Of a stretch of 64,000 bases of DNA, positions 45,319 to 54,300 are shown piece after piece. The notes beneath the pieces were generated by a model. That model searched no databases. It saw nothing but the letters and a program-made list of their open reading frames with translations, and had not been told where the DNA came from. A program made the position numbers and the translations under genes. Position 1 is the first letter of the stretch, and every line of letters begins with the position of its first letter. This DNA comes from a virus. The stretch spans positions 1 to 64,000 of the IMG/VR virus record IMGVR_UViG_3300043409_002246; one strand, written 5' to 3'.

Positions 45319-48300
45319 ATGTCTTCACTGATTGATACTAATCGGATCGCCGATCCGGCACCTGAACCTCTGTCCATGAACATCCCCGACCCGGGACTGG
45401 CGCCGCTTCCGGCTCCGCCTGCCGGCGGATTCCAGATGTTGCCCCTGCCGGTTGCGCCCGTGGCGCCGGTTGCGCCCGCCGAGCCGTGGAGTCCGCCTGA
45501 CGAAATTTCGGGACTTCCCGGGACGGAGTCGTGGAGTCCGCCTGACGAAATCTCGGGGATAGAGTCCGCCGAGCAGTGGAGCCCTCCCGAGGCAGATGTT
45601 GCTCTCGAAAAGATTCGTTCTTATTCCCCGGAGAAACTCGCGGAGATGGCAGAGCCGGAGCGACAGGCACTTTGGGCGGAGGTTCGGGATTTCGCGCCGC
45701 CGGACGATCTGAAGAAACTGGCAGACGCTTCTGCGAAACACCGCGCCATCGGGCTAACCCCCAAGATCGTCGCTGAAGGCGTCGCCGGGACGCTCGGCAC
45801 TTTGTGGAAAATGGGAACCAGTCTGGTGCAGGCCGGTTGGTCGGCTACCCACCTTCCCGGTCCTTCCGACATCAAGAAGATTCTCAAAGCTACCTCGAAA
45901 GATGAAGCCTTGAAAATCTTGGCCGACGTTAGCACCCGCTCTGACGCGGAACTCGTGTCGGGGTTGTCCACTGCCAGCGCCAACGCGGTTATCCTCGCCC
46001 GGGATGCGATTCGCGAGATTGTGAATTTTGAGCCCCCGGTAGGTAAGGCCCTCGGCATCCCCGGGACCCGGGACATCCTGAGCGCCGTGACGGGAACCGA
46101 CCTTACAAAGCGCCTCGGAGCCGACGTTTCCGACCCTGAGAATTTTCTCGAACCGGAGGACAACGTAAAGCGTTTTCTGAACGATTTCGACGCCGCTGAC
46201 GCGGTGAATAAAACCGCCGAGGGCCAGTCGGTGTTCTCCGAGTGGCTCGGGATGGATGCCGCAGAACTGAAGAAGCAGGACATCGAGATCAACCCCGAGG
46301 CCATCGAAGGCTTCGGAGTCGCGCTCGACATTACGAATTTGGTCCCGGCCTTGGGAGCGTTAAAGTCGCTCAAGGTCGTAAAGCTGGCGGGGGTTGGAAA
46401 CGCCGCCGCGCGGTCGGCGCTGGTTGACGAAGCCGGAAAAGTCTATCTCACCACGGCGAAAGAAGGAACCGCGCTTTTCATGGCGCAAAGGCTCGCGCAA
46501 AAGGCAGCAGCGGGAGTTGCCGCTGTCGGTGACGCGGCTGCTAAGTTCGGTAAGCGAGCCTTCCAAAGCAAGACCGTCGGGGCAGGCGCCTTTGGAGCGT
46601 TAGCGGCAGGTCATGCCGCCACGGCGGGTAAAGCGGCGGCGCTTGCCGGCGGAACCATGTTGTCGGGCAAGGCCGTCGCGGGCATCGCCCGGATGGCCGG
46701 CAGTCAAACCGCCATAAATTTTGCAACCGACGTGGGAGTCTCCGCGCTCAAGGGAGCCAAAGGCGGGTTACTGTTCGGCTTGCCGCTGGCGGCGCTGACG
46801 GATGACCCGGAGAAGCAAGTTGCAATGGCGACTATCGCGCCGGCAATCGGCGGAGTAATCGGCGGAGCGATGGGCGGAGCTACCGGCATCAAACGCGCGG
46901 CGCTGGCCAAGACGGAGGCCATCAACCGGACGATTCTCAAGAACGCGGAGCAACTCGGAGACGTTGATCCGGCACAGCCGCACGATCTCGCGGTCGAAGG
47001 CCATGAAGCGGTCGAGGCCATGCACCGGGAGAATCAGTCCAAGATCGCGGACGACAACAGTCGCAACCGGGTGAACATCGTCCGGCGGCTTGCTGAAAAA
47101 TTGGGACGGCCAATGTATGTCGTCACTCCCGATCAGTTTGCCGCTCTTGGAGTCCGGGCAGCTTCGGGCGTGGCTGACCATCCAATCAACGGCAAGCCGG
47201 CCATGTTGGTCAAGCTCAATCCCGACGGAAGTCTCCCCGCGCTCGGTCACGAATTGGCTCACCCGGTCCTCGATTCTTTTAAGGCGGAGAATGCCCCCGA
47301 AGGCATGGCCCCGGAGATGGTTGCTCTGCGCCAACGGCTGCACGATGAATTGATGGCGTCCTTCAGGAAGCGCAAGGTTGGCGCGATGGAGGCGGACATG
47401 AACTCGACGCTTGTCAAGGCCGTCAAGGCGGCGCAAGTTGCCCTCGCTGAGAGGCCCGAGAGCGCGCGGCTTCAAATCAAGTTGGCCGAGGCGCAGGCCG
47501 CTCTCCAAAAGGAAGGCATCAACCTCGGTCAAGGTGCCGAAGAACTGGCTGCTGAAGCTCTCACCGTCGTAATGGAAGGCCGGGGGCTCACCGGCGACGT
47601 GAAGTTCACTCCGGAAAACGCCAGCGCGGCTAACCGTCTATTTTTGTCGTTGCTCGAAAGTCTCGGGTTGGTCAACGATCAGGTGCTCGCGCGCTTGCCC
47701 GAGGGAATGGATCGCAAGTCGAACGTATCGCCGGGCCAAGAGGTCGAGCACACGCAACGCTCGATTCGCGCCGCGCAGGCGCTTTGGGATAATTTTCACG
47801 ACAACCCGCTAATCAAAGAGGCGCTGGCCGACGCGGGCGGAACCCCCGAAGCACCCGCAGCGCCCGACGCTCCGGTCGCTCCCGTGGTGCCGGACAATGC
47901 GGCAGCAATCGCCGCGCGGCTCGCCGAACTGAAGAAGTCCGGCACGCACACCCTCGCGCAGAAGCTTCTCGACAAATTCAATCGCGGTGAAGTGCTGACG
48001 CCGGACGAGCAAGCCAACTTTGACACGTTTTTCGGCAAGCTCAATCTCGGCAAGCCGGCTCAACCGGTGATCGCTCCCGTGGCTCCCCAGCCGATTCCTC
48101 CGGTAATCCGGGGAGTGAAGCCTACCCCTCCGTTTAACCCGGGCAGCAAAGAACTCAACGGGCTCAACATGCCCCTCGGGACCGATGTTCCCGTAAATCC
48201 CGTGACACCCGGGGCGCCTCCGGTAATTGAAGCGCCCAGCCGGCGGGGGCAGACCTCCGCAGATTTTAACAACCCCGCGCGGGACGCGGCAGACGCGGCG

Positions 48301-51300
48301 ACGGCGGCTCAGGCGGAACGAGTGGCGAAGTCGAACCTGCCGAAGGAGGCCAAATCTGCGTTTGCGAAAATCGCGGCCTTGCCCGGCGCGCTCTGGAAGA
48401 TTCTCCACGAAGGCGCCAAGAATGAAGAGGGCGCCGCCGGCATGTTGGATCAACGTCGCCGACAGGTAATCCAAGCGGCTCGCGACAACCCGGCTCTCAG
48501 GGACGAAGCGAACAAGTATGGATGGATGAAGAAGTCCTCGGAAGTAACCTCCGGGGGCGAAGAGATTTTAGTCGGCTTCAACGGTGAGGCTCTGCTGGCG
48601 AACGCATTGCTCGCGGTGAAAGAAATCGGGTTCAAAAAAGTTCCCTACCTCAAAGACAAAGTAGTCGGCGGGGAGTTGACCGGAGAGGGGCTGAGAGCCA
48701 TCCGCGAGGACCAGCTAAAATATCTTCAGAATCAAAATGCGGGATTCGGCGGCGACGGGTCAAAGCTGGTCCGTGGAAAAGAGACGGCGCAGCATGTCCC
48801 GGCGGAGGACCCGAACTACACGCCGCAGCAACTTTCTTCGCCGGACGCACTCGACTTTATCAATCTGACGATGGGGGAGAACACCCCGATTTCCGCGAAG
48901 GTTTACACCAAGGGAACCCCGGTGCCGATTCTCGCGGCGGACTTCGCCAAAGCGAACAAGAAAGTCGGAACTCCCGCGCTCGGCAAAGACGGCCAGCCGT
49001 TGATTTACGCGAAGGAGCCTTTTGCCGGCCAGCCGATTGAGGGATTCAACAAGCTGCGCGCCGACCTCGAAGCGCAGGGAGTTAATTTCCGGGACCTGAA
49101 GCCCGCGAGCGAGCGTCTGAACGTCAAGAATCTACGGGGAGCGGAAGTGATGGAGAACGTGTCCGGGATGAAACCGAACGTGTCCGTCACTACGGCAGCG
49201 GGGTTCATGGCAGAGAAGCGCGCGATCCAGATCGAAGGCCCTGATGGGAAAATGTATGATGCGACCTTCGACGGCTGGCAGGATTTCGGCAAGCTGAAGG
49301 GCTGGGGCCAGCAGGCTCAAATTACCACGCTTGAGAAGATGCCCGGGTTCAGCGACGGCACCACGACCTACGAAGCCGCGCTCCGTGAGGCCGGCTACAA
49401 GGTTCAAGATTTCGGCAAGCCGCAGACGCTCAAAGAAGACCCGGCGGCGCACGTCCCCGGGGAAGTCAGCAAGCGCCCGGACGACACCGCGCTGAAACTT
49501 CCGACTCCTGCGGACGCGCCGGTGAAGCTCGCCGGGGATGACATCGGACTCACCCCGGCTCGGTTCATGGCGGAGAAAGTCTCCGGCAGCGAGCATACCG
49601 AACAGAGTCCATCCTACCCGGATGCCATCGAGAAAGCGAAAGCGCGCGGCGGCAATGCGTGGGTGCGGCAGACCGATTCCCCGACGAACGCCGACCGCGT
49701 ATTGCTCGTGCAGTTCGCGCCGGAGTTGATGTATCCGAACGGCCCGGACCCGATCTCGACTCCGTATTACGAGAAGCTTTACTCCGGGGTCCGCAAGGGC
49801 TTCGACAAGGCTCCGACGTTTTGGGAAATCCCGCAATGGGCCGCAGTCGCGAAGAACAATCTGGCCAAGTCTGATTTTTACGCGGTTCACAACGTCGCGG
49901 AAGCGAAGGCATTTTTGGAAAAAGCGGACTACGGTCGCGTGGCCTTCTCCGTGATGGACGTGAGCAAGGCGCTGACCGAAGAACTCGTGCCGCATATCAA
50001 GGGCGAGGTTGACCTCGGCGGCTACACCGACCGCACCGCCGCCGCCGCACTCAGCCCGAAGTCGCACATTTGGAACTCGATGAATGAGTTCGTGGAAGCG
50101 CAGGGCGTGAAATACCAGAAGGGCTTCGACTACGCGCACTTTCGGGGCACGCCGATCATCCCGCGCATGGAACTGTCGGCAGGTTGCCGGCACAAATGCA
50201 CGTTCTGCACTATTGACCGCAAGGTGACGAACAGCCCCGTCTCTGAAGTCAACGCACAGGTGGACTCCTTCTCCGACCTGAACGCGAAGCTGGTGTATTT
50301 GAACGACAAAACCTTCGGCCAGTCCCCGAACGTCGCGGAGATGCCGCGTATCTTCAAACAGATGAAGGAAGCGAACCCCGAGTTCGAGGGCTTCGTGATC
50401 CAGACCACGGCGGCGCAGATGAAGCTGTTCAAGCCCGAGTTCCTGAAGGAAGCCGGCATCAAATACGTGGAGCTTGGCGTTGAATCTTACAACGACTCCA
50501 TTCTGAAGCCGCTGCGGAAGCCGGCGAATGAAAAGCTGATTGACGAAGCCGTCACCAAGCTGCGCGAGACGGGAGTGAACTTCATCCCGAACATCGTCAT
50601 CGGCTTCCCGGAAGAGACTGCCGCGACCTACGCGCACACGATGGATTTCCTCCGCAAGAATGAGGACATCATCAGCCACGTCAACGTGTATAACCTCGCG
50701 GTTTACGAGGGCACCGAGATTTCCGGCAAGATCAAGACGAAGACTGCCGGCGACGTGGACGAGAACACGGCGGCGAAATCCTTCCACAAGGACCCGGCGC
50801 TGCACGCCAAGTTTGCAAAAGACGTTTACGACTTCGCCACGGAGCGCCTCGGCAAGCCGGCAGCGTTCATGGCTGAGAAGGTAGCCCGGGAGCGAACTGC
50901 GGAAGCTCACCCCTCTCTCAAAGACGAGACGGGGATGCCGAAGATGTTTTATCACGGGTCGTTCAAATCGAAAGAGTTGATCGCTTCCGGAGGGTGGGAT
51001 ATTGACAAAACCAAATCTGGCGGTCTATTCGGAAAGGGGTTTTACTTTACCGACAACCCCGGGGTAGCCGGCGGAGTCCCTTGGAGAAATTCTTTGCGGA
51101 AGCTCGTTGGGAAATCCCCCGAGGGCTACGCGATGCAACCTACCTCGACGAATTCGTTCTTTGAGCAGAAGGTAAACCCGGCGGAAGGAACCCCCGGGGT
51201 GTTTCCGGCGTATCTGGATTTGCGGAACCCGTTCATCGCCGACAAAACTTATACTGGACCCGAGGCGCTGGCTTTAATCGAGAAGTTGCCTCCACTGCCC

Positions 51301-54300
51301 GAGGGCTATGGGACCGCCCGTAAGTTTTTCGAGCGGACTCTAGCTGACGCGCCCCGACCTCTTCGGGGGACTGATCTGTTCAAAGCGGTTCAGGAATACG
51401 CCATCAAGTCGCAGAAGGCCGACGAATTTCTAGGATACCAAGCGGACCCCTCGGGAGCTTCCCTGAAGGGGTTGGAGATGGCGCCGGATCGAGTAGTTCG
51501 CTGGATGCAGGAAGCGGGCTACGATGGAGTTACCTACCTAGGCGGAGTCACCCGAAAAGCGACGTTCACTTCACTCGGAGAACACGCTGTCGCCGTGGCC
51601 TTCGCGCCGGAGCAAATCATCTCCCCCTACGAGAAGCCCGGGTCCGAGCCCGGCAGGTTCATGGCTGAGAAGGGCCGGCCTCTCACCGAGGCGGGCGAGG
51701 CACTCGAACGCAAAGGTTTATTTTTCACCGGCACGCGCGATCCGAAGGACGGTCTGACGGTTCTCCGATACAGCAACAGTTCCGGGGAGCCCGTCGCGGA
51801 CATTTCCTTCCGGGCGGCGGACGGCGCCAAGTCGGCGACGGTCAACATGGTGTTCACCGACGAGACATATCGCCGGCTCGGCCTCGCGGAAGCACTCACG
51901 CGCGAAATGGGCGCACGCTTGCAGGAGGCCGGAGTCACCGACTTAAAGGGCACCGCAGTTTCTAACAAGGAAGGCGAGTTTCCCGCCATCGGCCTGCGGA
52001 AGAAAGTTTTCGGCAACGTGGAAATCCGCCCCATCAAGGGCTTGGAGGGCACCGACAAAACCGTCGGGATGCAGGACATCCGCTCGAAAGTTGACCCGAA
52101 CCAGAAGTTCATGGCGGAGAAAACTCAAGCCACGAAGGAGATTGAGTCCTCCGGTTTGGAGTTTTCGGAGAAGGGCAATACCCTGAAATTCAAGGATGGG
52201 AAAAAGACCGTGGCATACCTTCGCTACTCTGTGAACGATGGAGAGGCGTATCTGGACGAAACCAAAACCGACGCCGGCTACCGAAGGCGGGGGTTGGCGG
52301 AAGCACTTTATCGGGAGTTGGGCTCCCGGTTGCAGAAGTCTGGCATTACGGTCCTCGACGGGGACGTGATTTCGGAGGCGCCTCTTCACTTGAGGAAGAA
52401 AGTATTCGGTAACGTCCAAGAGTCGGGAAAAGAATTGACGTTGTCTGTCCCGGAACCTCTACTTAATCAGAGGGACGCGCTGCTGGAAGAGAAACGCGGG
52501 CTGGAAAAAGTTCTGTTAGACGTGGAGAACGAGATCACCCGAGCGTGGAACGCGGGAGAGCGGAAGACGAGCGCGAAGAATGAACTTGCACTGAAACAAG
52601 CCGAAACAAACCTAGCGGCGGTTCGCCAGCGTGTCGAGGACTTCAACCGGGACAACCCCGGAGTTTTGGGGTTCCAGAAAAGTCCCCCGGGTCACGACGC
52701 TACTAAGAAATTTGACGATCACGTATGGATGCAAGTGTCCTCCAAAGTTGACCCGAACCAAAAGTTCATGGCGGAGAAAACGTGGATCACCCGCGAAGGT
52801 GAAGTCGTGGACGCCAAGGGAGATCACGCACGCGACGCCGCCGAACGCCACGGCGTGAAGATCACGAACGACACGCGCGACAAGTCGGTCAACGCGGCGC
52901 TCGACAAGGGCGAGGTTCAGGCGGAGTTGATGGACAACACGCTCTACCTTTTTGCCGACGCTGCATCGTTCACCGAACTCAACCGCCGGCAGCGCGCGGC
53001 CATCGAGAAAGCAGCCCTCGAAGGCGGTCACGCAGTCGTTTACAACGGCAAGCACATTGAAGACTTCGGGCCGGCCATGAAGTTCATGGCGGACAAGGCT
53101 ACCAACTCCCGAGGGTTGCCTCCGGCAGTCGAAAAGGACGTTAGGCGGGCGGCTAGAATTCTGCGAGCTTCCGAACAGCGCCTCCGGGACCTTCCCGACG
53201 GAGCTTCCCTCGAACAACGGGACGCGGCAGTGGGAAGCCTGAGCAAGGCCGAGCAACTTCTGAATGATGTCAATCTCAACTACGATATTCTGGATTTTCC
53301 GGCGTTGGAGTGGGTGCGAAAATCACTTCGAGAACATGCCTCCGACTTGACCGACCTGCTAAACACCGAGCGCCGACCGGCGATAACCGAGGATGCGGCT
53401 TTAATCGGGCGACTCGCCGACGGCATGGATGATCTCCTAAAGCCCGCCTCCAAGTCCTTCATGGCGGACAAGTCTCCGACCGTGTGGATCACCCCGGACG
53501 GGAAGAAGGAGCCGCTGGGGGGAGTCCTGCACGAACACTACCTCGCGCAGAACTCCGATAAGCTCAACAAGAAGTTCGGCACCAAGTTCTCTGGCGAATA
53601 CGATGAAGCGCAACGGCTGAAAGCTTTGAACGCCGGATTCGTCCGGGTCCGATCCTCCGGGCAGGGCGACATGACGGTCGAACTGAACGAAAGATTTTGG
53701 GGCAAGCGCAAAGCCCAGCTTCTCGCCCATGCCCTCGACAACGTGGCCGAGATGAACTCGTTGACCGTGGACCTTCTCACCGACAAGGGCAAGCACGTCG
53801 CCGGAAACTACGCTGACGTGTATGTGTCCAAGGACCCGAGCCAAGCGATTCGGGACGTGTTTTCCGAGATGCTCCTGCCGACCGGGAAGCCGACGGTCAA
53901 GGAACCGACGGCGATCCAGCGCGCCCGCGCGATGCGCGAGCCGCAATACATGGCGGACAAGGTCAAAGCGCCCGTAGTCGAAGATCAACTCGAACTCGGA
54001 AAGCCGGCGCCGCCGATTGACCGCTACAACCGGGAGTTCGTGAAGTCGCTCACGCTCGAACAGAAGAAAGAACATTTCCCCGAGGCGGTCGTAACCGCGC
54101 GCGACGCGGACGGAACGCCGCCGTTAATCGGCTCCGACATTGTCGGCTCGCCGATGGTGAAGAAATATGGCGAGGCGGCTGCGATCAAGAAAGTCGGCGA
54201 CAAGCTCGCGGCCCGTTACGAAGAATTCAAGAACGATCCGGCAGTCGAACTCGGGAGAACGTGGTATTCCCGTTTTACCGGCCCGCTGAAAAAGCACTTC

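Noticed and set aside
46477-46491. FMAQR, a possible tenth linker
   Set aside because: Lacks the [E/D]K and lies inside a continuous Ala-rich helical region.
49132-50955. 607-aa minus-strand ORF
   Set aside because: Antisense shadow of the high-GC3 radical SAM module; no motifs, promoter or plausible composition.
49204-53961. CRISPR or DGR interpretation of the linker repeats
   Set aside because: Spacing is 318-1302 bp, in frame and coding; no cas or reverse transcriptase gene, and no adenine-specific TR/VR pair seen.
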